Assembly (NCBI GenBank): GCA_042568575.1
Contig: JBHPIO010000008.1
Location: 1 to 58,895, forward strand
DNA length: 58,895 nucleotides
DNA from: Patescibacteria group bacterium
GTDB lineage: Bacteria; Patescibacteriota; Gracilibacteria; UBA1369; PNNO01
Reading direction: 5' to 3'
Part shown: piece after piece, positions 37,430-47,453 of the stretch
Layout: the number at the start of each line of letters is the position of its first letter
Numbering within the stretch: the stretch's first letter is position 1
Position numbers and translations under genes: made by a program
Notes under the pieces: generated by a model
The model's database searches: none
Told to the model about the DNA's origin: nothing
Seen by the model: the letters and a program-made list of their open reading frames with translations, nothing else

Positions 37430-37499
37430 AAAGGAGAGATTACTTATAAAAGTCGTTTATATTATAATTAATCCCCGCAACATTGCAATAAATACACAC

Positions 37500-38372
37500 T
37501 TATTCTTCCTCTTCTTCTCTGACTTCTTCTTCTATTTTATTGAGTTTTTTTCTATGAGTCTGTAGATAAATCCCAGATAAAACAAGAAGGCCACCACCAG
37601 CCAGGATCTGCATATTAAAAGGCTCTTCTAGGATAAATAGTGCAAGTGTGACCGCAACCATTGTGCTTACAATCATAAGGATTATTGAACTTGTTTCAGC
37701 TTCAATTTTTTCCAGGGCGAGATTTTGAAATAGATAAGCAATCCCGGTGGAAAGGACACCAAGGAATATCAAATGGACTGAGAAATCTCCAAATCCATAT
37801 ATAAATGGGAATGGAAGTAAGAAGAATACTGCAAAGAAGAAAAACCAAAACACATCTCCTATTGAGTGTGTCTTATCTACCATGCGCATCACTGGAACAA
37901 GTAATCCATAAACGGCTGTTGATAGGATAGCAAGCACACTTCCAAGCATTCCTTCTGACCTTAATGGATTCATTATAAATAACCCTACACCCGCTATGAC
38001 AAGCGCAATAACTTTAACTGCAGTAATTTTTTCGTTTAATAGGAAATAGGCGAATATAAATACAAAAAACGGGAACATTGAGATAATGAATGCCACATTC
38101 TGTACCGGTGCAAATATAAATGCCAGATTTGTTAGTGAGATCGTAATCGCAATCATTAACCCAATCGGAATATATAATTTCAAATCCTTTTTTTTCACTT
38201 TAAAAGTCTTCTTGTCCAAAACGGGACACAGGAATAACAATGTCACAAAGCCAAAAAATGCTCGATAGAAATTAATAACCATTGGATGAACTGAATCTCC
38301 AATGAGCTTAATAAATATGCCTATTGTTCCAAATAACGCAGCCGCGAGTATGATAAAAATGTAGTTTTTCAT
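37500..38372 (-). CDS. EamA/DMT-family transporter (10 TM)
   Basis: Two EamA repeats; PFFVFIFAYFLLNEKIT; GVLSTGIAY. Confidence 0.9.
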   Translation of the reverse strand: MKNYIFIILAAALFGTIGIFIKLIGDSVHPMVINFYRAFFGFVTLLFLCPVLDKKTFKVKKKDLKLYIPIGLMIAITISLTNLAFIFAPVQNVAFIISMFPFFVFIFAYFLLNEKITAVKVIALVIAGVGLFIMNPLRSEGMLGSVLAILSTAVYGLLVPVMRMVDKTHSIGDVFWFFFFAVFFLLPFPFIYGFGDFSVHLIFLGVLSTGIAYLFQNLALEKIEAETSSIILMIVSTMVAVTLALFILEEPFNMQILAGGGLLVLSGIYLQTHRKKLNKIEEEVREEEEE

Positions 38373-38429
38373 TTTGTTTTAGCCAAAATTCTACATATAT
38401 TTTACCACATTTTTGGCACTAAGTACACT

Positions 38430-39521
38430 TTACTGATGCCCAGGCGCTTTAGGTTTTTTGGTATTAGCTTCCTGTTTTTTCGTATTCAGGTAAAGTCCTA
38501 TCAAAACAACCACTACAGCTATGGCAATTAGGCCACCAACACCATTCAAAATACTCAAAACAAACGAAGCTATTGCTGTAAGGATCAACGCAGTAACAAA
38601 CGCAATTACTGCAAGTGTTGATTTCCCTAAATTGGCAACAAATGGAATAACCTCTAAAGAAACACTCAACGGCTTTAAGATAAGCATCAATCCAATCCAC
38701 ATAACAATAAATCCGAAGATTCTTCCCATCCATCCTGCAGCTTTATATTCTCCTTTTAATGTAGAGATTGCATCATATTTAGTTCCTTCAAAAACACGAT
38801 AAAGTCCAGATTCCTTCTCCCCATGATGCTGTCTTAATTTATCTCCATCGGGTCTTCCAAAAACAGTAACTTCATCAATAGGTTCTAAAACCGAATAGCT
38901 AATACGCACATCCCCTATCTCAGGATCTCCATATTCACCATATCCATCAAATATATAATCTTTATCACCATCCGAAACTGAGTCGATGTATAAATATGAA
39001 TCGATAATTTCCTCAGAAACTTTGTGAGGACTTAGGCCAGGCAATCTTACTTTTTTCATATCTAGCTCATACTTACCCACTTTCCCTTCAGAAACTGTTT
39101 CGCGAATGCTATCAAATGCCTTTGTAGTGTTTTCGTGATGCCTTGGTTGATCAAACTCTGAGCTATTTGGCACTTCATCAACCCATTTTGTATCATAAGT
39201 ATAATAATCATCTCCTTCATCAGTATGTTTATCTTCCACCCACGCAAACATTTCAATTGTACGGTTAAACGCAATATAATCACCTGGTTCTAAATATAAA
39301 TCATCTCCCAATCTTTCTAAAGAGTTCAATCCGTCCGTTACAAAAACAAAAGCTTCCTCATCGACTTCACCTTCAAGTTCAATAGCCTTATCTGCAAGAA
39401 TACTATAATCAGTGCGCCCTTCCGAATAATACAAAATCACTAGTGATCCTATAAAAACAAGAACACCAACAAGGAGCAACCCAATAGAGCCAACAAGCCT
39501 GTCTCCGAAGTTTTTAGCCAT
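38430..39521 (-). CDS. TMEM43/DUF1625-family membrane protein
   Basis: N-terminal TM + EGR, RTIEMFAWVE, PEIGDVRISY, three C-terminal TM. Confidence 0.8.
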   Translation of the reverse strand: MAKNFGDRLVGSIGLLLVGVLVFIGSLVILYYSEGRTDYSILADKAIELEGEVDEEAFVFVTDGLNSLERLGDDLYLEPGDYIAFNRTIEMFAWVEDKHTDEGDDYYTYDTKWVDEVPNSSEFDQPRHHENTTKAFDSIRETVSEGKVGKYELDMKKVRLPGLSPHKVSEEIIDSYLYIDSVSDGDKDYIFDGYGEYGDPEIGDVRISYSVLEPIDEVTVFGRPDGDKLRQHHGEKESGLYRVFEGTKYDAISTLKGEYKAAGWMGRIFGFIVMWIGLMLILKPLSVSLEVIPFVANLGKSTLAVIAFVTALILTAIASFVLSILNGVGGLIAIAVVVVLIGLYLNTKKQEANTKKPKAPGHQ

Positions 39522-39580
39522 GGTTTGAAAGATTAAATAATTAAATCGTTTCTAAATTTAGCACATCCAAAGAAACATTG

Positions 39581-40360
39581 TTATCTCTTTGAAAAAACAA
39601 CAACATTCGGCACCTTCACAAGACTGTCGTGCATTTCTTTGTAGCTTCCATGTTTCACCGAAATTCCTGTAGAAGTTCCACCATCAAGATTTAGTACGTG
39701 AACAAAATCTATATCTGTTTTAATTAACTCAACCATTAGATCGTAAAGAGTAATCCTGTGATCGTCTACGATTATGATGTAAATAAGGCCTTCTTTGTCA
39801 GTCCCGACGGCTGTTCTTCGAGCCACTTTCCCGGAATCTTCTTGAAATCCTCGTAAAGAATCCTTAACTAAGAATGGATAACTCTGTAAACCAAATTCTA
39901 ACTTTTCACCACTTTTTAGTGGGTTCACACTTAAATCCCGAATCATTAAAATATTGTTTTCAATCTCCAAAAGACCAGACAAGTTTTGATCAAAAATGCG
40001 CTCTCCAATACGATTATAATCAATTTTTAGATATCCTGAAGGTGTGTAATCCTCATGAAAATATGCACCATTAATAATCAGTTCCGCACCTCCAATTGAT
40101 TCATCCCATTCGGAAACATATTTTGGATTTGCCGAAGAATATTGCATTGAAATATTAAAATCACCAGGACTTAATCTGAATATCTTAATCACTTCAGTTT
40201 CTTTGTCCCTTTGATATTCCCAATCAAGAAAAGCCAGAGAGTCATCAACCTTGTACCAACTATCACTATGTGGATAGTTTGCTGTAGGGATTAACTCATC
40301 GCATCCCGAAGCCAATAATATGAGTGACACACTAAACGCCACTAAAATTAACTTTCTCAT
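39581..40360 (-). CDS. Phosphodiester glycosidase (NAGPA/DUF2233) family lipoprotein
   Basis: LASGC lipobox; INGAYF, ARRTAVG, LNLDGGTST. Confidence 0.85.
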   Translation of the reverse strand: MRKLILVAFSVSLILLASGCDELIPTANYPHSDSWYKVDDSLAFLDWEYQRDKETEVIKIFRLSPGDFNISMQYSSANPKYVSEWDESIGGAELIINGAYFHEDYTPSGYLKIDYNRIGERIFDQNLSGLLEIENNILMIRDLSVNPLKSGEKLEFGLQSYPFLVKDSLRGFQEDSGKVARRTAVGTDKEGLIYIIIVDDHRITLYDLMVELIKTDIDFVHVLNLDGGTSTGISVKHGSYKEMHDSLVKVPNVVVFSKR

Positions 40361-40390
40361 TATAAATTCTTACAAGCCGTAAGAATTCTA

Positions 40391-41053
40391 TCACAATTTC
40401 TTCAGCTTTCTATACAAAATATATGAATATACTATCGGTCCTATTGCTGCAATTGCTATAACGGCAATCATTACAGGGACAAGCTGCCATTTTACAAAAC
40501 CATTTATCAAGATAACGATACCAGCAAACATAAATGCCCAGCCTCCAACACGCTGAGTTTTATTCCAGACTTCCTCACTGTTTAAAGTCCACGGAGTTTT
40601 AATTCCGACAAAATAATTCTGACGAACTTTCCCAAGATAATTTCCGATAATGATAAATAAGACTCCAATTCCTCCAAGAATGAATGGAGTAATTAAAATC
40701 TCAGGATTTAGAGCAAGATAAACGCTCACAAAATACATATAGGCAAAGAACAAAACTATAACTATCTGAAGAATAAGCCACGGACGACGAAAGAGAACAT
40801 ATTTCTCTTTACGTGGGTCAATCATGCTTAAAAGCGGAAAAAGAAGCGTAACCGCCAAAGTAATCCCAGGGAAAAGCAAAATCGCACTACCCTTTGGCAT
40901 ATACGCGTCCACCTGCCCTTCAATATTCCAATGAGTTGGCATCTGATCGGGTAGTTGATCAAACAAGTACCATCCAGTTCCAAGCATAGCGGCAACTATT
41001 AGAAGTTGCAGAATAAATACTGGCGACGAGAATTTCATAGATTTCTTTTTCAT
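40391..41053 (-). CDS. sdpI: SdpI-family immunity membrane protein (DUF1648 + SdpI)
   Basis: LPDQMPTHWNIEGQVD; QNYFVGIKTPWTLNSEEVWNKTQR. Confidence 0.9.
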   Translation of the reverse strand: MKKKSMKFSSPVFILQLLIVAAMLGTGWYLFDQLPDQMPTHWNIEGQVDAYMPKGSAILLFPGITLAVTLLFPLLSMIDPRKEKYVLFRRPWLILQIVIVLFFAYMYFVSVYLALNPEILITPFILGGIGVLFIIIGNYLGKVRQNYFVGIKTPWTLNSEEVWNKTQRVGGWAFMFAGIVILINGFVKWQLVPVMIAVIAIAAIGPIVYSYILYRKLKKL

Positions 41054-41058
41054 GATGA

Positions 41059-41319
41059 TTATTTTTTAAAGAATTTTAAAAATGTCTTCATTACTTCCTC
41101 GAAGACGGAGGTATTTAGTGAATAGTAGATCATTTGACCTTTTCTTTGCGCTATCACTAAATTTGCACGTTTCAGGATATCAAGATGATGAGATAAAGAC
41201 GCGAGAGTGATCTCGAAGTGCTGCGCAATATCCTTCACTGGCATGTCCCCTTTTTTAAGAATTGAAAGGATTTCTCTTCTATTTGAATCCGATAGTGCTT
41301 TGAATACTGAGTCCATCAT
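41059..41319 (-). CDS. sdpR: ArsR-family repressor, SdpR-like
   Basis: FKALSDSNRREIL, SLSHHL..LK, RKGQMIYYSLNTSVFEE; directly upstream of sdpI. Confidence 0.9.
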   Translation of the reverse strand: MMDSVFKALSDSNRREILSILKKGDMPVKDIAQHFEITLASLSHHLDILKRANLVIAQRKGQMIYYSLNTSVFEEVMKTFLKFFKK

Positions 41320-41327
41320 AATTAGAT

Positions 41328-41347
41328 ATTTAGATGTTTATCTAAAT
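41328..41347. promoter_or_regulatory. Probable SdpR operator
   Basis: ATTTAGAT-N4-ATCTAAAT inverted repeat overlapping the start site of the minus-strand promoter TTGACT(41369-41374)-17-TAAGAT(41346-41351). Confidence 0.65.
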
Positions 41348-41384
41348 CTTAAAGGGTTATACGACAAAAGTCAACCCTGTTTAT

Positions 41385-41413
41385 TTGACACATGGTCAAA
41401 TTACACTTATAAT
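41385..41413 (+). promoter_or_regulatory. Consensus sigma70 promoter
   Basis: TTGACA-17-TATAAT, perfect match. Confidence 0.85.
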
Positions 41414-41433
41414 CGCTATCCTATTTTTAATTT

Positions 41434-41799
41434 ATGTTTATGTCTCAAGAAAAACCAACATACGTAGCTGAAGAAGCTTCAAAACGCATGAAAGATGTTA
41501 AGGTTGCTGATGAAGCACTTCAAAGTTTTTCAAAAAGGCTTGCAGCCTGTGAAAACAACAAGCAATTAAGAAATGGGCTTTTAGAGGGATTATATACAGA
41601 GGCTATTACTAAACCGCATACTCCAGAATATTTGCGACAAGTTGCTAAAATTCTTATCGATAACCAAGCTGTAAATCCATCAATGATGCTAAAAGCTGTG
41701 AGAATAGAAAGAAAGGCTAAAGAAGGAAGCGCGCAAGTTCAAGAAACAGTTGAAGTTATATCAGAGGGCATACAGGAAGGAACAGAAGAGACAGTATAA
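41434..41799 (+). CDS. Hypothetical protein (alternative start 41440)
   Basis: ORF downstream of a perfect promoter. Confidence 0.7.
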   Translation: MFMSQEKPTYVAEEASKRMKDVKVADEALQSFSKRLAACENNKQLRNGLLEGLYTEAITKPHTPEYLRQVAKILIDNQAVNPSMMLKAVRIERKAKEGSAQVQETVEVISEGIQEGTEETV

Positions 41800-41824
41800 A
41801 AAAACGCAAAACTCGCTACTACTT

Positions 41825-41899
41825 TGGTGCCGCGGGGCGGAATTGAACCACCGACACGAGGATTTTCAATCCTCTGCTCTACCACTGAGCTACCGCGGC
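41825..41899 (-). tRNA. tRNA-Phe (GAA), CCA encoded
   Basis: GCCGCGG acceptor stem, GCTC/GAGC D arm, GAGGA-TTGAAAA-TCCTC anticodon arm, GGTGG-TTCAATT-CCGCC T arm, ACCA end. Confidence 0.98.
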
Positions 41900-41968
41900 A
41901 AATATTTTTCGCATAAAGCGATCAAAAAAGAGTATAACCTTAGGGCCTCAAAGATGGCAAGAAAAAAT

Positions 41969-42520
41969 CTAACCAGTCATTAAATCTTGGCCAGATTCTC
42001 TTTGCATATCTTGATTAAATCCATCCTGAATAAACACTTTAACATCTCGAATTTTTCCGAAAAAATACCTGCGTACTATTGGAGTCATTTCATGCACAAA
42101 TTCTCTACCTTCTTGCTCTAGTATTGCTGCTTGCACAGCTTTTAATTCTTGTTCAATGTCGCCGGCCTTTCCTTGAAGAACATACATTTCAGCTTCCAAC
42201 ACAGCTAACCTCTCTTCTTTTGTTTTAATTTCTTCATCAAGCCCTGGGATCTTTTGGGCCTGCAATGATGAAGGATCCCATGGGACATTTTCAAGTGGTT
42301 GCACATAACTTTCCGCAATAGACGCCGACAAGGTTACTCCTAAAACTTCAAGATTCCTCCTCATCGTTTCTATTTGTGTTGCATAAACAAGCATCTCCTG
42401 CTCAAGAGCAGAATTCTCTTCATTAAGACGATCAGAATAGGCACACAACCATGAAAATAAGTCTTCATGAACTGCTTCATTCTCTTGGTCTGTGGGATTT
42501 GCTCCTTCTCCCTCCAACAT
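41969..42520 (-). CDS. Hypothetical acidic coiled-coil protein
   Basis: 183-aa ORF with heptad pattern. Confidence 0.7.
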   Translation of the reverse strand: MLEGEGANPTDQENEAVHEDLFSWLCAYSDRLNEENSALEQEMLVYATQIETMRRNLEVLGVTLSASIAESYVQPLENVPWDPSSLQAQKIPGLDEEIKTKEERLAVLEAEMYVLQGKAGDIEQELKAVQAAILEQEGREFVHEMTPIVRRYFFGKIRDVKVFIQDGFNQDMQRESGQDLMTG

Positions 42521-42550
42521 ATTTAAATTAGTTTTGGTGTTAAATAAAAT

Positions 42551-43303
42551 TTAAAACAAAGTCTGATCACCTTTAATGAATGTATCAGCCTCTTCTTTAG
42601 TCCAGATTTTTAGCTTTTTAAGGTCATTTTCGCCAACAGTCTCTCCGCGCTCTTCTTTAATTTTCACAACTTTTTCCATTTGCGCTTTTGACAACAAAAC
42701 TCTTTTACGAGCACGCTTCATATTTTCCGGATTGTTCTCGGCAAACATTATGTACTTTCCACAATTTGCACAATCAACACGGATCATTTCTGAATCTGGC
42801 AATAGACTCAAGACTCCTTCAGTTTCTTTCTCACATTTATCACAATAATAACCGTTTCCTGTTTTTTGTGACTTCACTGATAGATCTGCCGTTGGCTGTT
42901 TCATCGATTCTTCGACAGCAATCTTATCAACACGCTGGTTAAATTTATTATCTGAGTGCCCTTTCACCCAATTCCATTCAATATTCACATCTTTCAAATT
43001 TCCAAATGACTTATCCATCTCCTCCCAAATATCAAGATTTTTCTTTCGCTTCCAACCTTCTTTCATTGAATTAATAACTAGACTTGAATCACTAAAAATC
43101 TGCACATCTTGCCCTTCTCCATTTTCCGAAAGCCATTTCAATGCCTCAACAACCGCTATCATCTCCATACGATTATTGGTTGTTTCCGACTCTCCTCCGC
43201 GCAGAACAACCTCCTTGCCTTCTGTCATAATTAAAGTCCCCCATCCTCCAGCACCTGGATTTCCAAGACAACTTCCGTCAGTATAAATTACAATTTTTTT
43301 CAT
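42551..43303 (-). CDS. rnhA: Ribonuclease HI with C-terminal Zn-ribbon extension
   Basis: YTDGSCLGNPGAGGWG, TTNNRMEM, SDS, WVKGH, N.RVD; then CDKC...CANC; start set at ATG 43303. Confidence 0.93.
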   Translation of the reverse strand: MKKIVIYTDGSCLGNPGAGGWGTLIMTEGKEVVLRGGESETTNNRMEMIAVVEALKWLSENGEGQDVQIFSDSSLVINSMKEGWKRKKNLDIWEEMDKSFGNLKDVNIEWNWVKGHSDNKFNQRVDKIAVEESMKQPTADLSVKSQKTGNGYYCDKCEKETEGVLSLLPDSEMIRVDCANCGKYIMFAENNPENMKRARKRVLLSKAQMEKVVKIKEERGETVGENDLKKLKIWTKEEADTFIKGDQTLF

Positions 43304-43385
43304 AATGCTTCTTTCGTAGTTTCTGGTAAAATTGCAGTAACGTAACTTCTCACAAGATAGTAGAAATTCGTAAATCCTGCAAACT

Positions 43386-44333
43386 ATGTATATCAATTTT
43401 ATCATTCTGATGTTGATCTCGATCGCTCCGATTGTCATTCTACTTTGGTATTTTGATCATCTAGATAAAGAGCATAAGGAGTCCAGAAGATTTTTGTGGT
43501 CAATATTTTTGTGGGGGGTTTTGATTACTCTTATTGCCGGAGCTATCGAACTTGTTCTTGAACTGTTGTTTTCAGATTTGTTCTTTATTCCGATGGTTCA
43601 AGTTTTCTTTACGGCATTTATATTTGTTGCTGTAACTGAAGAAACTCTTAAATACTGGGTTGTTAAAAGGAAAGCATACGATCATCCCGCCTTTAACGAA
43701 CATTTTGACGGGATTGTTTATGGAGTAGTTGCAAGTCTTGGCTTTGCGGCTCTGGAAAACATTCTATATGTAATGGAAGGAGGGATTTATATTGGAATTA
43801 TCAGGGCTCTTCTTGCTGTTCCAGCGCATGCTCTTTTTGGAGCAATCATGGGTTACTATATCGGGCTTGCTAAGTTTGCTAAGCATCCCGGCGAAGAAAA
43901 GTTACTACTTAGAAAAGGTCTTATTCTTGCGATTATCTTCCATGGACTATATGACTTTTTACTATTCACCCTTTCGCCTATTGCGATCTTTGTTATTCCG
44001 CTACTTCTTGGACTAGCTCTTAATGTGCGTCGAAAAATTATACATCTTCATTTCTTGGATAAGATCAAAAATGCGATTATGCTTCCTAAGTGGACTTGGT
44101 GGAATTACGTTAAAACAGGCATTGGGATGGTCTTTTTTACGACGGGAGTATTAATGACATTTACCATCCTCCTTTACTTAACGGACGATCCAATTGGTCA
44201 GGAAATTTTTACGGGAGTTGAATTTGATATGTGGAGTTCATGTATAACTATTGGCATAATGTGGTTAATCGCGTATGGTCTTATTCGTGACAAAAGACTT
44301 AAGAAAGCTAAAATTAAATCTAAAAAAGCATGA
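43386..44333 (+). CDS. prsW: PrsW-family intramembrane glutamic protease
   Basis: TEETLK, DGIVYG, GFAALEN, PAHA, HGLYD; two extra C-terminal TM. Confidence 0.9.
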   Translation: MYINFIILMLISIAPIVILLWYFDHLDKEHKESRRFLWSIFLWGVLITLIAGAIELVLELLFSDLFFIPMVQVFFTAFIFVAVTEETLKYWVVKRKAYDHPAFNEHFDGIVYGVVASLGFAALENILYVMEGGIYIGIIRALLAVPAHALFGAIMGYYIGLAKFAKHPGEEKLLLRKGLILAIIFHGLYDFLLFTLSPIAIFVIPLLLGLALNVRRKIIHLHFLDKIKNAIMLPKWTWWNYVKTGIGMVFFTTGVLMTFTILLYLTDDPIGQEIFTGVEFDMWSSCITIGIMWLIAYGLIRDKRLKKAKIKSKKA

Positions 44334-44569
44334 GTTTTTTAAAGAAAATATGGAACGGCTTTAAGAAAGGCTGGATGAAATTTGCCCATGTGCTAGGCGT
44401 AATCAATACGACGATTCTTTTGACGATATTTTATTTTGTGCTTATTGGTGTGTACGCGATTATCACGAATATTTTTAAATTAATTACTTTCCCTTTTCGC
44501 AAAAAATCAGATACTTATTGGATCCCTCGTAAAGAACTTGATCCTGAAGGTCATAAACATCCATTTTAA
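44330..44569 (+). CDS. SxtJ-like small membrane protein
   Basis: WMKFAHVLG.INTTILL...TYWI pattern; coupled to the carbamoyltransferase gene. Confidence 0.75.
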   Translation: MSFLKKIWNGFKKGWMKFAHVLGVINTTILLTIFYFVLIGVYAIITNIFKLITFPFRKKSDTYWIPRKELDPEGHKHPF

Positions 44570-46323
44570 TGAACGAAGAAAAAGACACTTACATCCTTGG
44601 GATTTCCTGCTTTTACCACGACTCTGCCGCTGTTCTATTAAAGAATGGTGAAATTATTGCCGCGGCTCAAGAAGAACGTTTCACACGTAAAAAACAAGAT
44701 GACAATTTCCCAACAAAGGCTGTGGAATATTGTCTTTCTTATGCCGGAATTCAAGTGGAAGATTTACACTCGATTGCATATTACGAAAAGCCATTCGTGA
44801 AATTTGAAAGGCTTTTAACAACATATATAAAAACATGGCCTCGAAGTTATATCTCCTTTTTAAAGGCGATGAAAGTCTGGCTTAAACAAAAACTTTGGAT
44901 TCCTTCTATAATCCGAAAAGAACTTGGATACAAAGGAGATGTTTTTTATGTTGAGCATCATCTTTCTCACGCAGCGAGTTCTTTTTTCGCTTCACCATAC
45001 GAAAAAGCAGCAGTACTTACAGTTGATGGCGTTGGAGAATGGGCAACTGCAACTTACGGAATTGGCGACGGAAATTCTTTAAAGATCTCAAAAGAAATCC
45101 ATTTCCCTCATTCACTTGGACTGCTTTATAGCGCTTTCACATACTATCTCGGATTTAAAGTAAACAGCGGAGAGTATAAAGTTATGGGTCTAGCGCCTTA
45201 TGGAGAACCAAAATATGTTGAACAAGTTCGTAAACTTATTGATGTTAAAGAGGATGGAAGCTTCCATTTAAATATGAAATATTTTGGGTACGAATATGGC
45301 CTCAGAATGACAAACAAAAAGTTCGACAAACTATTTGGTGAACCTCCACGAAAACCAGAAACGAAACTAACTCAGCGAGAATTTGATATAGCACGCAGTC
45401 TTCAATATGTTCTTGAAGAAATTTTATTGAAGATGGTTGAACATATTCATAAAGAAACAGGTGAAGAAAAACTCTGCCTAGCAGGTGGTGTTGCTTTAAA
45501 CTGTGTTGCAAATGGAAGAATCCTCAGGGAATCATCATTTAAAGAATTATACATTCAACCTGCTTCTGGAGATGCAGGTGGTGCTCTTGGAGCTGCTCTT
45601 TTTACTTACAACACTGCGCTTAAGAAGAAAAATAACTATGATATGAAAGACGTTTATTTGGGTCCTGACTTCAAAGGAAGTGAAATTGCAGAACTTCTCG
45701 ATAGCAACAAAATCAAATATGAAAAACATGGAGAAGAAACTCTTTTTGAAACGGTAGCAAATTTTATAGACGATCAAAAAGTGATTGGATGGTTTCAGGG
45801 ACGAATGGAATATGGGCCTAGAGCACTTGGTAATCGAAGTATTGTTGCGGATGCACGAAACAAGGAAAACTGGCAGCGTGTAAATTTGAAGATTAAATTC
45901 CGTGAAAGCTTTAGACCGTTTGCTCCTTCGGTAATTGAGGAAGATATTTCTGAATATTTTGACCTGGATGTTCCAACTCCGTTTATGCTTCTTGTGGCAC
46001 AGGTTAAGAAGGACAATATTCCAGCTGTTACTCACAAGGACAATTCAGCGCGAATTCAGAGCGTGAGCAAAGAAGAGAATTACCGCTATCACAAGCTAAT
46101 TTCGGCTTTCAAAGAAAAGACCGGAACTTCGGTTATTATTAATACTTCATTTAATGTTCGCGGAGAACCTATTGTGTGTACTCCTTTGGATGCGCTAAAG
46201 TGTTTCTTGCGTACTGACATGGATATTCTTGTTATGGGCGACTATGTTGTCAACAAAAACGATATAGATAAAGAAGCTCTAAAGGATTCCATCGATTACG
46301 AACAGACTTTTGAAAAAGACTAA
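44569..46323 (+). CDS. O-carbamoyltransferase (NodU/CmcH/SxtI family)
   Basis: ILGISCFYHDSAA, QEERFTR, EHHLSHAAS, GEYKVMGLAPYG, AGGVALNC, EYGPRALGNRS, FRPFAP, NTSFNVRGEPIV. Confidence 0.96.
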   Translation: MNEEKDTYILGISCFYHDSAAVLLKNGEIIAAAQEERFTRKKQDDNFPTKAVEYCLSYAGIQVEDLHSIAYYEKPFVKFERLLTTYIKTWPRSYISFLKAMKVWLKQKLWIPSIIRKELGYKGDVFYVEHHLSHAASSFFASPYEKAAVLTVDGVGEWATATYGIGDGNSLKISKEIHFPHSLGLLYSAFTYYLGFKVNSGEYKVMGLAPYGEPKYVEQVRKLIDVKEDGSFHLNMKYFGYEYGLRMTNKKFDKLFGEPPRKPETKLTQREFDIARSLQYVLEEILLKMVEHIHKETGEEKLCLAGGVALNCVANGRILRESSFKELYIQPASGDAGGALGAALFTYNTALKKKNNYDMKDVYLGPDFKGSEIAELLDSNKIKYEKHGEETLFETVANFIDDQKVIGWFQGRMEYGPRALGNRSIVADARNKENWQRVNLKIKFRESFRPFAPSVIEEDISEYFDLDVPTPFMLLVAQVKKDNIPAVTHKDNSARIQSVSKEENYRYHKLISAFKEKTGTSVIINTSFNVRGEPIVCTPLDALKCFLRTDMDILVMGDYVVNKNDIDKEALKDSIDYEQTFEKD

Positions 46324-46325
46324 AC

Positions 46326-47453
46326 ATGAAAACACTTAAAAACATTGCTGTTAATATTGGTATTTTGCTTGCGGTTTGTTTGATACTTATTCTCGTAGCG
46401 GAAATAGGATTCCGTGTACTAATACAGTACAAAGGCGCTCCAAACGTTGTAGACATGCAAATTTTCGAAGAGAACGACATTTATGTTTGGGGACATCATC
46501 CAAATACTGTTTACGACAAAAATTCCCCTGTAATATCAATCAACTCTTTAGGATTTAGGGACGAAGAAGTTGAAATTGCAAAACCAGAAAATACAAAACG
46601 AATCTTAGTATTAGGCGACTCTTTCACATTCGGAATAAAAGCTGAACAGGAATGGATTTTCACAGAAGTTCTTGAAGACAAATTAAATGGTCTTGATGAC
46701 GACTTTAACTATGAAGTTATTAATGCTGGAACAATCGGATATACAATCGACAATCAATATTTGCTTTTAAAGGAAAAAGGACTACAGCTAGATTTAGACA
46801 TGGTCATTATCATGTTTTTTGTAGGAAATGACGTAACTGAACTGCGTAGACATGAATGGGTGACTGATGACAATGGAGACCTTCTTAAAATTGCCGACAA
46901 CCAGCATTATGTAGACGAAAAACGAAGGCTTAGATCAACTGAAAACGACGAACCGCTTTCGTATTTCCTTAATTTTGTCCAAAAAAGACTCTTAATTTTA
47001 CAGAAGAAACTTGGACTTTATAATGATCCAGAAGGCAAACCTACATTAACTTGGCCAGCCTTCCTGGAACCGGATGATCCAAACGGTGATCCACGTCTAC
47101 CAATATTCTGGGATCAAATTGATTCGACATTAGGTAAGATTAAAAACGAACTTGATTCAAGAGAGATTGAACTTGCTGTTGTTGCTATTCCTATGGATGT
47201 TCAAACAGACAAGAGATATTGGGGCAAGTATCCTGAAATGTATTTTGATGATGAAGCTTACGAAAAAAACAGACCTCAGGTAGCACTCAAAAATCTTACA
47301 GATAAATACGAAATTGATTTTATTGACCTTCTGCCTTATTTTAGAAAAGTGGAAAATCATATTTGGCTTTATTTTGAAGACGAAGATCCGCACTTCACTT
47401 TTGATGGCCATAAACACACAGCCGAAATAATATTTGACCACCTACAGTTATGA
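46326..47453 (+). CDS. Membrane-anchored SGNH/GDSL hydrolase (AlgX/AlgJ-like)
   Basis: N-terminal TM; INSLGFRD, LGDSFTFG, NAG, GND, DPH. Confidence 0.88.
   Translation: MKTLKNIAVNIGILLAVCLILILVAEIGFRVLIQYKGAPNVVDMQIFEENDIYVWGHHPNTVYDKNSPVISINSLGFRDEEVEIAKPENTKRILVLGDSFTFGIKAEQEWIFTEVLEDKLNGLDDDFNYEVINAGTIGYTIDNQYLLLKEKGLQLDLDMVIIMFFVGNDVTELRRHEWVTDDNGDLLKIADNQHYVDEKRRLRSTENDEPLSYFLNFVQKRLLILQKKLGLYNDPEGKPTLTWPAFLEPDDPNGDPRLPIFWDQIDSTLGKIKNELDSREIELAVVAIPMDVQTDKRYWGKYPEMYFDDEAYEKNRPQVALKNLTDKYEIDFIDLLPYFRKVENHIWLYFEDEDPHFTFDGHKHTAEIIFDHLQL

Noticed and set aside
41750-41983. 77-aa ORF (WCRGAELNHRHEDFQS)
   Set aside because: Antisense translation of tRNA-Phe
43304-43438. N-terminal extension of RNase HI
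   Set aside because: Overlaps the prsW start; the RNase H fold begins at MKKIVIYTDG (43303)
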